From Antechinus flavipes (Eukaryota), in assembly GCF_016432865.1 (NCBI RefSeq), contig NC_067401.1, positions 73,098,001-73,162,000 on the forward strand: a stretch of 64,000 nt of DNA, written 5' to 3'. The notes beneath the pieces were generated by a model. It was not told where the DNA came from. It searched no databases and was given only the letters and a program-made list of their open reading frames with translations. A program made the position numbers and the translations under genes. Position 1 is the stretch's first letter. Each line of letters begins with the position of its first letter. This document shows, piece by piece, positions 48,901-62,720 of the stretch.

Positions 48901-51900
48901 CCTGAGAAGAACCAGGGGACTAGATTTAGTAATTCTAATTTTGTAACATTAAAGAGAAGGGAGAGAGTTAGTATGAAAGCACAAATAAAAGAGAATCGAA
49001 CTTTAAAAATAGAAATTTACAGTTTTGTTAGTCTTTCCTTATCTATGTATATATGCATATAACAAATATGTGGATGTAACTGACTCCTTGGGTCTGAGTA
49101 GATTAAATTTCAATCATATAATAAAGCATGATGTGTAGCATAAAGAATGCTGGCTTTCCATTAATAAAAAATAATTTTTAAAAAAGCCAGTAGTGGCTTT
49201 TCATTAATAAATCATATGGCTCTGGACAAGTAGTACAACTACTATTCAGGGTCTTAGTTTTTTCATCTGTGAAACAGGATGGTTGGACTGTGTATATGAT
49301 TTACATCCTGTGAATATGCAATTCATTTTTTGTTTGGATTTTGAAATTAGACATTTTAGTGAATATTACATATTTATTAGATAAACTTAGTGCTGTGGAA
49401 GTAAAGAATTATTTGCCAGATATTGAATTTTTGATACAACTTAGGAAATTACTCTGTTTTTCAGTTAGAACTTTTTTGATGTATAATTTTGACAATTTGA
49501 TTTTTATCAGGTGTTTGTGGAATCTTGACATTTAGAATAGGAGTCTTAGAATAAAAATGTTAGTAAAATGCTTTCTAAAGACTTATGTATTCTTCTGTAC
49601 TGATTTCTTTAAAGGATATGTTGTGCATGAAAATCTAGCAGGCTGTATTTTTGTTGATTCTAATTTTTAAAATTTATAACTACAAGTAGATGAGAGGAGA
49701 TTAGAGCATAGGGGCTCTTTCTTGCTTGGAAATGGTTACATAGAAATTCTTCTTAAGTTACTTATTTTCAGTAGAAGATTGCTAATGGAATCTTCTTATA
49801 CTTTGTAGCAGGTGTGGAGTCTGCAGTTTTAGATCTCTAACCAGTATCATTAAAGTGCATTATGAATAATTATAAGGGTAACTTTTGCATCTTATATTAA
49901 AATGCTGAAGCACTCAATTATGTATGTGGTTAAAGTTTAATTACAACACAGTATATGAATATACTTGCAGTATAACTAACTACTAATTCAAGTTTGTGGT
50001 TAGTGATTAACTTAGGTGTATATTATTACATATTTCAGTGGGTCAGTCTAGGTAATTTTAATTAATAAAAATTTTTTACGTAGTATCTGGTTTCCTAATA
50101 AGTTTTATATAGTTGATAATGCTTTTAGATATTTATGACTCTTGTTTCAAAATGTACTTGAAGTTATTTTCTAATAAAAAGCTCAGGTTTTTCAGATTTA
50201 TATTGATTAAACATTAATATGGAAACTTGTTTTAGGAAGTGAATTATATATATAGGAGTGCTAGTTTCACCAAACATTTAATTTTAATTGGGACGTTATA
50301 AGATGAAATTAACATCTTAAACACATTTTCTATTATTTTTTCTTCAAATCTGTTCTGCTTTTTTCAAGGCAATAAACTTATTATTTCAGTCAAGGGAATC
50401 ATTTAAAAACTTATTTTTTTTACTTCTTTTTTTCTTAGCTTTCTGATCTATTCAGCTATTATTTCCCTCCTAAATCCTTTTCTTCCTCTCAAGTACCATC
50501 AAATTAAAGAACCTTATTTTTTTTTCCTTGTTCTACCTCTTCCAACTATTACAGTAATTCTCTGACTGGCCTTTTCAGGGTCAGCCACTCCTTTACTTTA
50601 TGATCCACATTGTTGCCAGGCTTATTTCCCTGCTGAGGGGGTAAATATCAAAATGCCCTGTAAATGTGAGCTATTCCTTCCTGTCATGATGTACTTCTCC
50701 CTTCTAAATTATGTGATGAGCATTTAAGAAATAGGAAACCACATCAAGCAGGGTATTATCATTTGTTCCTGTTGAGGACTTGGAGAGGCCTATAAATAGA
50801 ATTTTGTCTGAGAGGTCATGAATTCTTTGACCATGGCAACATTAAGTAAAAGGGAAAAAAAATGATCCTTTTTAGGTTACTTTTGCTAGAAATTCTTTAA
50901 TGGCTAGTCTGGCATTCAAAGCCTACAGGTACCAGTCTACTAGTTTTTATCTCGTGCTACTATTTCTGTGTACTCTAGTAATCTCTGTCCCTAGAACAAA
51001 CCCTGCTCTTTCCCAACTCTGTTTTTGCTCATGTTGTTTTTTTCTGTTGGAATGCACTTCTTTTGAATTTTTTTCCTTTCCTTTTAAAATCCAACATACA
51101 AGCTTGAAGACTTTCCCAATTTCCCTTTCCCCAGTCATTAATGACTTCTTTTCCTTCCTAAGTTTTCTTGTTATACTTTATGTATTTCTAATGCATATCT
51201 TTCATATTTGCATTATTGCAAAATAATTGTTTTTTATGTCATAAGTTTGTGTATTTGTTTTTTTCTGCTCCATTAGTAGAGTGATATGTCTTCCTAAACT
51301 TAGGATGAGGAAACTGAGGTCCCAAGAAGTTCAGTGACTTGGCCAATGTCACACATCCACAAGAGGAGCACAAGCAGAATGTGAACTCAGGTCCTCATGC
51401 TAATATCCAAAGTTCTTGCCATTGTAGCCTGCCTTCGTTATCCACAGTGACTAAAGGCCCCCCTCACCTGAGGTGCTGCCCAAAAGATCTATTTAATAAC
51501 CAGTGCTGGAACTGAATTCAGGGCAGTTCTGACCAGGAGAAAATGTGGCTCTTTCACATTTAATGGAAAGCTAAACCCTGGCAATCTTCCTCTTGGAATA
51601 CTTTACCTACCAGTAGTCCAAAGATATCAATAACTACCACTTTCCTGTCTCAGGAGCGTTCACTTCCCATGGAATTCTGGGCTAAGATGAATCTTTTGTT
51701 CCCCCACATCACCATGTAAATAAGGCAAGGACATTTTAGTTTTGTCGTTGTATGCCCAGGGTCTAGCCCAACACCTGGCAATGAAGAAATGTGTGTTGAA
51801 TGAGGAGAGAATGTTGTTGGTGCTGCTTAAGACCCTTCCCTTCTCTGCCATTGTCCTATGCACTGGCACCCCTCAGCCAGGCCCCTTCCTGCCACGCTGC

Positions 51901-54279
51901 TGTGACAGCTGCTAGAGTTTCCATGTGCTCTGTACTCCCGTCACTGGGCTCTGCTTCCCTTCTACCGTCTCATCCAGAGGAGGCTGCCTTTCCCCCATTT
52001 TCCCAAGTACTGTTTCTGCTTTGTTTGGATTAAAAAGGCTTTTGGGAAAAAATTAAATTTTTTTTTTAAAAAGGCTTTTGGATGCTATTGCAAGAACACA
52101 CCCACTATTTTAAAGATTGTATTAATGGACAAATGCATGGAGTGTCAAGTAAATGCTTTGTACAAATGAACTTTTGGAACAGAAGCTATTCCCAAGTTAG
52201 GGACTGCTTGCTCTATGCTTGTAAATATTTCCAAAGAGGGAAATGCAGCCTGTTTCAATATTTAAGCTCACCTAAGAACAAAACTCATTCCAGAAAGATT
52301 TTCTTTTTTAACTTTAAGGGAGTTTTGAATGTGCTAATTCTTAAAGGAATAGTTTCCATTTTTAAACATGAATTGTACAGCGTATGTTTCTTCATGGTGA
52401 ACTAAAAAAAAAAAAAGGTAGCAGTATAAAATTAATATAATTTCTACCCTGGAATTGAGTGATTTTTTTGCACATAAAATTTTGTTTTTGATGTTTACAG
52501 GTATCCACTGATTTCACAAAGATCATTTTAAGAAAAAGTAGCACTTAATCTATATCTTGCTGTTGCAGCCTTTCAGTTACAATGAAAATGACAAACAATT
52601 TAAAAATTTTCACTCTTTTGTCTTACCTCTTCTTATCCAGTTGCCTAATAAATGCCCTCTAAATGAGACTTTGGTTTTGTCAATTTTGAAAAAACTTAAA
52701 TGTTAAATTTTATTGTATTTGAAGAATTCTGAATAAAATAGCATTTAAAAACATTCTTTTTCTTTTAAGGTCATAATCCTTGTCATATATAAGCATTATC
52801 TGCTGAGTCATTTCTGAAGTCCCATTTTTAGTTAGTATCCTTGCAAAAAGGTTTTCAGCATAGTATGTTGTCTTTACAGCAAATCATGAAGCAAGCATGG
52901 AATTAGGAATTAACTGTTTGATAACATTAAATCATGCTAAATCCTTTCACAAATAGAAACATCTGCTTGAATTTTGCAGTATTTTTATTGGAATTTGGCA
53001 TCAAATGGTCATGGTGTTTTGAAATGTCTGTTTGTGCAGGAAATAGATCTAACTCCACAAATCCATTTTCTTTTAAGGACAGAAAATTAGCATCATATGT
53101 GAAATGGCAAATTTATTAGATACAATTGGTTTTTAAAGGTATATAATAAATTCAATGAAGCTATTGCTTTCAAAGCTTTCTTGTTTCCTCCTAATCTTCT
53201 TGATCAGTTTTCCTGTGTTAAAAAGAAAAAAACTTCCAATTACTCTTTTTGAGTAATTGGAACTTCCTTTTCTTCCTCACTCCCCGTTTTGTGAAATGAA
53301 CCAAAAATGATAGTTCTTATAAAAATTAGTGAATTAAAACAAAGTCATACAGTTGCTATGTCTAATATAAAATGAATGCTTCATTTTGCACTTTGAGCCA
53401 TCACTTCTCTGTCAGGAAATGAGAACTTCCTTTTATCATCAGTACTCAGGTACCATGGTTGATCACTGCATTTATAAGAATTCTTCAATATTTCAATAGT
53501 GTTTTTTATAAAATTTTTACTGCATAAATGTTCACCTGGTTCTGATTATTTCCCCCATTATCAATTCATGCAATCTTCCCAGCTTTGTTTCTGATCATTT
53601 CTTATAGCACAATGATATTCCTTTCATTCATATGTCATAATTTTTTCAACTATTCCCCCAAAGGTGGGCATCTCCTTTGCTTCCTGATTTCAATTATTTA
53701 TTAGAACAAAAAGCTATTAGGAATAATTTTGTATATGTGAGTCCTTTTCTTCTTCCTTTGACCTCTTATTTCTAGCAATCCAGAAGTTTAGCAACTTAGA
53801 AGGGCCAGAATTCCCAATGACTTTGCAGAATTGACTAAACCAATTTGCATTTTAGCCATATCTAGAGTTAATACAACTTTTGATGGGCCTTATTAACTTT
53901 TTAGCCTCTTTCTGTGTTCTTAAAGAACCATTGAGGATCCACAACATGTGAAATAATAAGAAAACAATTTTTAATACCTGAACAGATAAGACTAACCTGC
54001 AAATTTGCTATACCCTTTTCCTCCCTTCAAAGTTGAATCTAAAATTGGCTGGGATACAAAGGGATACTTTGTAGATTTAAGAGTTTTAAAACCTTCTAAA
54101 TCATTTTATTTATTCAGCTGAGCTACACAGTTTAGCTAGTTGGATAAATAAAGTTCTGAATAATAGATAAAAGCTGAGGAGTTAGAAGATGTTAGCTTAA
54201 GAGAATGTTAAACATTTAATTTTGTGGGGCTTACTAAAGAATTTCCTAGTAATGTCATTTTAAAAGGGGAGATGTACAG

Positions 54280-54520
54280 CTCAAAATCCCAGTTTTGGCA
54301 CTCAGGAGAATTTGAGTTCAAAATCCAGCCTCAGACACTCATTAGCTGTGTGACCTTGTATAAGTCACTTCATCACTGCCTGCCTCAGTTTCCTAAGCTG
54401 TAAAATGGGGATGATAAAGCACCTTCCAGAGTTATTGTAAGAAACAAATGAGATAATAATTGTTAAGCTTTTAGCACAGTGTCTGGTATATAATACCACT
54501 ATAATATGTGTTAGCCTTTT
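54280..54520 (+). mobile_element. MIR-type SINE
   Basis: GAGTTCAAAATCCAGCCTCAGACACTCATTAGCTGTGTGACCTTG...GCCTCAGTTTCCTAAGCTGTAAAATGGGGATGATAA...TTAGCACAGTGTCTGG. Confidence 0.85.
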
Positions 54521-56699
54521 TGGGTAGTGGTGGTGATTGTAGAACTGAAATGACTTGATATATCCAGGCCATTGAGTTCATTGAGTATGGAAGGTGATCT
54601 GGAACTTCTAGTCTGCTCAGGTCATTGGGTGTGGAGGTCTAGTCTAGTACCCCTACTCAGCTAATTTAGTATCTAGCCTGGTTTAGATTCAGGTTTGTTC
54701 AGACCTGATCTAGTTCGATTCTCTTTCTACCTGTGTAATTAATATCATTGAGTTGCTCTCTTATATAACTTCACTACTTTAAAAGTTTTTTCTCATTTCA
54801 TTTTGCCACATTTTAGTAAAGATTATGAGCATTTTTATACATCCTGAAAATAATCAGGATCTTTCTATTTCAGAGAATTAAGGTGAATTAATAAGAATCA
54901 GTGTTAATTGTCATTTTGAAATATTATCATTTTCAAAAGTCAAGAAAAATACTATGGCTTTTAAAAAAATTTATTTAACCATTTCCGTGAAATGTTTGCA
55001 ATATAAATACAGCAGCATTGTGTGTTACTCTTGAGGATCAGAAAATGGAACTGACTAATTTGTTTTCTTTTTTTTTTCTTTTCTTTTATTATTTTTTTTT
55101 GACTAATTTGTTTTGAATTGATAAGCAGAATGAAATGAAAAATACCAATGGCTTCAGTGTTGAAACTTGAAATAGATTGAAATTTAAGTTTCTTTCTTAC
55201 AAGGAAATTAGATACACAAACAACAAGGAACTTTGAAAAATGACTGAAAATTTTTCTTGATTCAAGACAAATTGAGTTGTAATTCAGATGGTAAGGGATT
55301 TTTTAATAAAATCCAGTCCTTGAATAATGTATTCTGTAGATTTTTGCATTATCAAGACTTGTGTGTAGAAATGAAATTGAAGCCCAATTTAAATTTAATG
55401 CTTCAGTGAATTGTTTTAATATATTCTACAGTGGGATTTGTCATAAACTAGTCTAACTTGAGGATTCTAACCTATCATGCACATAATTTAAATATATGTG
55501 TATATGTGAATAGTTCCTTACTTGAAGCTTGAAGTAATCCTTTGAGGTTTGTAGTACAAATGTTACTCCTATTTTACTGATGAAGAAATAGTCTTAGAGA
55601 AGTTAAATGATTTTTTTTCCTTTGGATATTTTCCAAAGAAGACTAATAACTAAAGAATCTCAATCTAGTGATTTTTAAGGCAGTGCTATGACCATAGATT
55701 GTGAAAATAATTTTTATAGACTCTTAATTTTAGATATTTAATAAATATTTAATTGAATCAAGAATGTGTGTTTTGATTATCAAAAGATATTTTACCATTA
55801 GTATTTTCTGAGTGATTAAAAACTGTGATAATTATATATTGTAAAAGATTTTTTTTATGAAAAGTGGCTTGTGTTAATATATTTTAGGTAGATAATCATT
55901 CACCCCTGAGTAGCTTGTAAATTTATAAGTTTCTAGTTTATTATTAGTAGTAGATTAAGATTAATTGTCTGTTTTGACAAACAGTTTTATTCATGTTTTC
56001 TAATGATTTTTTAAAATATTTGGGAAAAGGTTACATTTTTAGATCTCTTTTCGAACCTGTAAATTCTTATATTTTGTATTAATGAGCTTAGAAAGTAGTA
56101 TTTCATTTTTAAGCATATACCTGCAGCAAGCATTTATGAAGCACCTATTTTTTTCCAGATACTGTGTTTGGTACTGTGTGTACAGCTCTCAAGGAGCATC
56201 ATTGCATTCTATTGGTGCTGATGGAGGAGAGAACTTAGGAGGGAATTAAAACAGGCTAAAGAATTACAAATCCAGGCTTCTGAGACAGGATAATGTTGAT
56301 TATTCATACACATGGATTCTTTTATATACATATTCATAAATGTAAGACTACTTAGATATGTCCCTTCCCATAAAAGAATTCCTTTTTTTGGGGGGGGAGG
56401 GGGTAACAGACTATCTTGAAATAATTCAGGAAATATTACATCACGATTATGTGTAGAACACTGTGCTGAGTCCTTATTCACTGTAGTTGATGGGAGAGTA
56501 TAATGGGTAAGAGCCCTAGATTTGGAGTTAGAGGACCTGACTTCATTTCCTAGTTGTGCTACTTAGTAATAGTTCATACAGATCTAATTTTAAAAATAAC
56601 ATTAATAAAACGAGGGTGTTGGACTAGGCAATCTCTATGATGCCTTCTAGTTTTAAACCTATGATTGTTTGAAATTAAGGCTTCTAAGAGGTAGAGAAG

Positions 56700-57980
56700 A
56701 GATGCTAAATCATTTCAAACATTAAGGACATTTTGTTCAGAGCCTAGGTGGAAGATGATGAGAATGTACTATAGATGTTTCAGTAAGCCATTTTGGCTGT
56801 ACCATGTGCTTGAAGGAGAGTAATTTGTAAAGAGGCTGTAAAAGTATGTTGAGTAACCTCAATTTCCTGAGTAAAGATTATCAGCCATGATGCTGGATAT
56901 GCCAATTTGTAAAGAGGTTCAAATATCAAAAAAGTTCATTTGGGTTGCAGAGGCAACAGGGAGTTATTGAAGTTCATTGAGTAGGAGAGTGATATACATT
57001 TGAGTGAAATCACCAATCACTTTATAGACATATTCTAGGGTAGCTTGAAAAGAGAGAAGAGGAAGAAGGACATATTAGAGGACTATTATGATAGTCTGGG
57101 CTAGAGATGATGAGGAGAACATGTATGGAAGTAGCCATGGGAGTGAAAATAGAGGATAGGTTTAAGAGATGTTAGGCAGAAAGAACAAGATTTAGCAGCT
57201 GATTGGTTATATTAGGGGTGAATGAAAGTGAGAAATTGGGAAAGCACAAAATTTTGAAGTACTTAAAATGATGGTGGGGTAGGTTTTTGTTTTGTTTTGT
57301 TTTTTTAATAGGAATAGGGCTCTTCTGAAGAGGGCTGTGTTTGAGGAAACAGTTTCTGTTTTGGACATGTTGAGATGCCTGTGAAGATCCCTATGGAAAC
57401 ATGATGTGGGATTAAAGTTAGATAGATAGATTTAAGAGTAAACAGCATACAAATAATTAAATCCATGTGAGCTGATTATATTGCAAAGAGAACATATAAT
57501 GAAAAGAGGCCCTAGAAAAGTTTTCCTTAGGGAATACCCATAGTTATTAGCATAACATCGTTGATGATTTTTTCAAAGGGGATTGAGAATGAGCAAATAG
57601 GCAGGAAGAGGGTCTATGTCACCAACATCCAAGAAGAAAGTGTATTTTAGGAGGAAACAAAATCAATCAACACCGTGCCATGCTGCAAAAAAGTCAAGGA
57701 GGAAAAGGCTTGAGAAAAGAACATTAGATTTGACAGTTAAAAGATAGTTGGTAACTTTAGAGAGAACAGTTTTATTTGAGTGTTGAGATATTGGCATCCA
57801 CACTCAGTGAATTGAGAAGTGAGTGGGAGGAGAGACAATGGAATCAATGAGTGTGGATACAGATGTATGTACCTGGAAAAGAAGCATTGAAGGATACATG
57901 GCTTATATTTTTTCAGTGAAGTATATGATGCTAATAAAAGGTCTTTGAGTTTGAAGGAAGACAATATTATAGAGGAAAGA
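56700..57980 (-). mobile_element. Long degenerate L2 fragment(s)
   Basis: Purine-rich tract with L2 motifs (GGACTATTATGATAGTCTGGGCTAGAGATGATGAG; TTTTGGACATGTTGAGATGCCT; TTGGTAACTTTAGAGAGAACAGTTT). Confidence 0.7.
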
Positions 57981-60078
57981 AGCTGTTCCAAATTAGGACA
58001 TAAGATTTCCTAGAAAGGAAGAATTGGTAATCTTATATAATGTTAATGAAATCTCAATTTATTTTGACAGCTAAGAGATTTGTCATTCAAGTATAATACA
58101 ACTCAAAATTTAATCACATTTTTATTTAAAGGCTGTTCAAGTTAATATCAATTTTAAGTTGATGCTAGAAAAAAATTTAAGAAAATATAGTACATTGTTG
58201 GAAAATTTTCTGTTTTAATTTTACTGATGAATTGATTGATAATACTGATTCTTAAAATTAATAAATATAAGTGATTCTATATTGAATAAGATAATTTATA
58301 TTTTATGTAAGGCACTCATCTTTTTCCTTTTTTGCTTACAAATCTATTTATAATGGGAATGGCTCCATGTTTCCATACTGATCTTCATTGTTTTTAATCA
58401 TCTTATTATGTGACAGCCATCTGTTACATATGTTATAAATAAAATTATAATGAGAAACCAATGCTTGATTCATAATTTTAAGATACCAAGTCAAAAATTC
58501 TTATGCTTTGTTTCTCATAAGAAGTTTAGTAGAATTTAGAAATTCTAAAATATCTATGAATACATTTTTAAAGTATGTTAAAAGATTAATATATTCTAAA
58601 GATTTAAAATACATGAATAGACATCTAGATTAGTTGAGTGTGGAATCTGAAAGCTAATACAACAGTAGGAGGAATATGGCATATAACATATTAAAATTGA
58701 TGAAAAGCAGCACTGTAGCAGACTTTTCCTGTATGGAAGTTAAATCTATGAATTTAAATCTTAAAAATAATTACAAAAGCAACAAATGAATTGCCTCGAA
58801 TTTGATCAAGGCTCATTGCTCATTGCAAATGTTTGCTACTGGTTTCAAAAACTAAATGAATTGTTGCTTTTCTATGTTTAAAACTTTATCAACAAGATTC
58901 TGAATTATTTCACAGAATTTAGACTTGGAAGGGACTTGAGCAGCCATCTAGTCCAAATCCTATTTAACTTTTTGTGTTTTTGTAAAAACTATGTTGATGA
59001 CTTCTCCAAATACATCATTTTTAGTCATTGCTCTTGCTTGTGACTTAGTATGTGGGGAGCTTCCATGGGATTATTTTCTATGTGTTTAGTTTCTTATAGG
59101 TAATCGGGAGCAAAAACTCTAGTTTTTTTTGGCTAACATCCTTCCCTTTTTAAAAATTTTATTTTTATTGATGACTTTCATCTTCATTACATTCCTTTGT
59201 AAATATTTTCTTACTCTCCTTGGCATAGAGCCATTCTTTGTAAGAAAGAGAGGGGAAAATGTGTTATGCAAAATGAGTCAACACATGAATGTGGACCTCC
59301 CACCTTTGCAGTGAAGAGAGGAAGGTACATTTCTCAACTCTTATCATTAACATTTCACAATATTGAGCTTATTTTAAGTCATTGTTCTTTTCATTTATAC
59401 TGTTTGAATCAGTAAGTCAACAAGCTTTTATTAAGATTTTACTGTAAGGTCTTACTGTGTACCCAGAACTGTGAGTACTGGGATATCACTTCATATAATT
59501 TTCTCTCCTCCAATACATTCTTTTTATTTGATTAAGTTTTATATTTTTCAGTCAGCAAAACTTTGTTTTCTCTGTTTGTAAAGTGCTTAGCACAGTGTCT
59601 AAGTCCAAAATAAATGCATATATTTATGTGGAGGGTGGGGAGAGCGATTCCATATTCTTGAGTTTTCAGCATTAATTAATTAACTAATGTTTTAGCATTA
59701 GTCCTTTAGAATTCTAGTTGATCATTACACTGATGGGAGTTGTAAAGTTTTTCTAAATTGTCTTTGCAGTGTTAGTATTGTCATTGTATACATTGTTTTC
59801 TTGATTTACCTCACTGTTTCCATTCATAAAGTTTTCTCAGAATTCTCTGAAACTATACCCTTCATCATCATTTCTCATAGCACAACAGTTTTACATCTGA
59901 CTACATCTAATACCATAACTTGTTTAGCCATTCCCCAGTTGTTGGATTTTCAAAAAGAGCTGTATTTTTTGCATATCCCTAGTTTATTTTGTTTAGGAAT
60001 AATCCCTTCTTTAATCAAACCTCTTTCTAATTCTCAACTCTGTCTTTCTCTCCCTCATATTTCCTCTGTGACAGCTCT

Positions 60079-60130
60079 TTGTGTGTGTGTGTGTGTGTGT
60101 GTGTTTGTGTGTGTATGTGTATGTGTATAT
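60079..60130. repeat. (GT)n microsatellite, imperfect
   Basis: Directly visible. Confidence 0.95.
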
Positions 60131-61099
60131 CCTTCCCTTCATATTACTACATCAGTGATAGGTATCAAATGTCCATCACTCTCCTCATACCTGTCTTCTT
60201 GTTTGCATAGACTTCTACTTGTACCCTATTTACAGAAAATTATTTTTCTTAGTCTTCCTTTTCTTTTCCTCTCATCCCCCTCTGCAGTATCTTTCTCTTC
60301 CCCTCTTTTTTTAATTATTTCAAAAAAATCATTAAGATATAACAGTCACTCCTAGGCCTCCTATCTAATTAGACTCCCTCTATGACCCTTAATGATGATA
60401 GGGTTTCGAGGACACGTCTTCCTATATTATAATGTAAGGAATTTATCCTTGTTTAATCCCTCATGATCTATTATGTTTACTTTCTAATTTTTGTTTAACT
60501 CTCCTATATTTGAACTTAGTCTGTAGTTAGTAAACATTTATTAAATACTTACTATACGGCAGGCATTGCTAATACAAATAAGAAAAAGACCCTTTCTCCA
60601 AGAAGCTCACAATATAATGGGGGAAAACCATACACAAAAAGAAGTAGAAAGGGGAAGAGAGATCACCAGAAGGGTACTCAACCTTGGGGAATGATGTTCC
60701 TGGAGTGGAAACTAAGGGGAAAGCTGGTGGTAATTGAAATTTACTGGAAAAGCCTGAGCTTTCTATCAAAGGAAGCTCTGAGTGAGGTTGATTGCTTGTG
60801 ATCGCCAGCCGTACAGGTCAGAGGATAATGCTGGGGAATTATTGAGCATCGACTGCTTCATGCTTTGAAGCAGTCTCCTGGATGATGAAATTTTTGATGA
60901 TGAGTTCATTCTGGGGGGGAAGTATGATGTTCCTGAATCAAGCAGAACAACTGGACTAAGTTCAGAGAAATTGAACTTCAAAGTTTCTCCATGGCTTTGG
61001 TCTTTTCATCAGTAATATCTGGGTCTCTTCTGTTTCATGAAAAGAGAGTTTTCTGGCTTAGGGGACAGCTAGTTAACTTGCATAGAGTTGGGGAATATA

Positions 61100-62050
61100 T
61101 TGTCAAAAGTGAGGAATCAAAAAGAAGCTTGAATCATTGAATTAGAGAGTAAAATGAAAGTAAGATTAAAGTGGAAGGGTAGGAAGAAGTCAAGTTATCA
61201 AGCCCTTTAAAAGGTGCTACTGGAGTTCATTAAGTAGAGGGGTGACACAGTCAGACATGCTTGTTAGCTAGGAGCAAAATGGATTGGAGTGGGTAAAGAC
61301 CTTGAGGTAGGGAGACCAATTAAAATAGTCCAGGCATCAAGTAATCCTGTACCTAGATGGTGAAAGAGACAGTAGAAAAAAGAGCATAGAGGAGAGATGG
61401 TATAGTAGAGACTATAGGACTTGACAACTAATTGAATTTGAAAAATAAGGGACAATAAAATATTACTTTATTATTAACATGGGTTGTGAACCTAGATGAC
61501 TGGAAAGGAAACTAGTGCTCCTGACAGTGATAAGGAAATAATAGGAATCAAATACTTTTGAAACACATAAGTACTGTGTAAATGGTACTGTTTTTCTATT
61601 TAGTTCAGGAGGGAGGGTTTGAGAGATGTAAATGATGAATCCAGTTTTGGACATATTGTTTATGATGTCTATTGGACTTCCAGTTTGAAATGCCAAGTAG
61701 GCAGGCAGCTGGTGATGTGAGACTAGAAGTCAGAAAAATGGTGAGAGCTAGAGAAATAGATCCAAAAGTCATTTTCATGGAAACGATCATTGAAGCTTTT
61801 GAGATCAAAAAGTAAAGTAGTATGGGGAGGGGGGGGAGAGAAGAGAACCTAGGACGGATCCTTCAAAGGGATATTCATAGTTACTGGATAACAACTGGAT
61901 GAAGATCCAATAAAGGAGATAGAGAAATGGTAAGATGAATAATGAGAACCAAGAACCTAGAAAGAAACATAGAAGGGAATATTACATTGAGAAGGGTGAT
62001 CTACAGTGTCAAAAGTTGAGGTAAAAAAGGACTCTGAGAATTGAGAAAAA
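61100..62050 (-). mobile_element. L2 fragment
   Basis: GGGGTGACACAGTCAGAC...GAGGTAGGGAGACCAATTAAAATAGTCCAGG...CCAGTTTTGGACATATTG...GATGTGAGACTAGAAGTCAG. The L2 resumes at about 62720-63050 after an L1 insert. Confidence 0.8.
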
Positions 62051-62069
62051 AGCATTAGATCTAATATGT

Positions 62070-62720
62070 CACGGAGTTTTAGTTGTATTGTTGGGGAAGC
62101 TGTGAGCTAATTCAGCCGTTCTGGAAAGCAGTTTGGAATTTACTTCAAAAGCTACTAAACTGTGTATACTCTTTGACTCAGCAATATTGCTCCTAGGTCT
62201 AAACTCTAAAGAGATTGAAGAAAAGAAAGAGTCCTCTGTACAAAACCATTTATAGCAGTTTTCATGGTGGTGATGTATTAGAAATTAAGGGAGTACTATC
62301 AATTAGGGAATGGCACAAGTTAAGGTAGAGGAAGAGGGTGGAATACTATTCTTCTGTGAGAAATGAGGGGAAAGGTTTCAGAAAAATCTGGAAAGACCCA
62401 TATGAACTTGTGTAGACTGAAGTGAGCAGAACCAGAAAAACATTTTTTTACAATAATAACTATATTGCAAAGATAATGAATTTTAACATACTTAGGAATG
62501 CTGACCCCTCTCCAAATAGAGCACTGATGGACTCAGTACAAAATGAAGTATATTTTCTTTTCTTTCTTTTTTTGGACATGGCTAATGTGGCAATTGATTA
62601 TTCTATATAACTATACATATTTGTAATGGGTTTTATTTTTCTTGTCTTCACAATTGGTAGAAGGAGGAGGGAGAGAGGAAAACAATGCAGAACTGAAAAT
62701 AAATAAAATTAAATTAAAAA
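62070..62720 (+). mobile_element. L1 ORF2 C-terminus and 3' UTR with A-rich tail, nested in L2
   Basis: TTCAGCCGTTCTGGAAAGCAGTTTGGAA...CTTTGACTCAGCAATATTGCTCCTAGGTCT...GGAATACTATT...TTTGGACATGGCTAATGTGG, ending AAAATAAATAAAATTAAATTAAAAA. Confidence 0.8.

Noticed and set aside
52481-52512. Acceptor-like TTTGTTTTTGATGTTTACAG| as candidate exon 3
   Set aside because: In the required phase 1 it reads G-I-H-stop, with no match to the expected ARHGAP29-family exon-3 motif.
60851-60875. Perfect 10-bp hairpin GACTGCTTCA-TGCTT-TGAAGCAGTC
   Set aside because: About one such stem is expected by chance in 64 kb, and it is too short for a pre-miRNA.
60882-60936. Box C (ATGATGA) ... box D (CTGA) pair in intron 2, suggesting a C/D snoRNA
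   Set aside because: Only 55 nt, no terminal stem, and no guide complementarity that I can recognise.
62175-62184. ARE-like TGACTCAGCA
   Set aside because: Lies in an L1 fragment and is one substitution from the L1 consensus TTTGACCCAGCAAT, so it is likely incidental.
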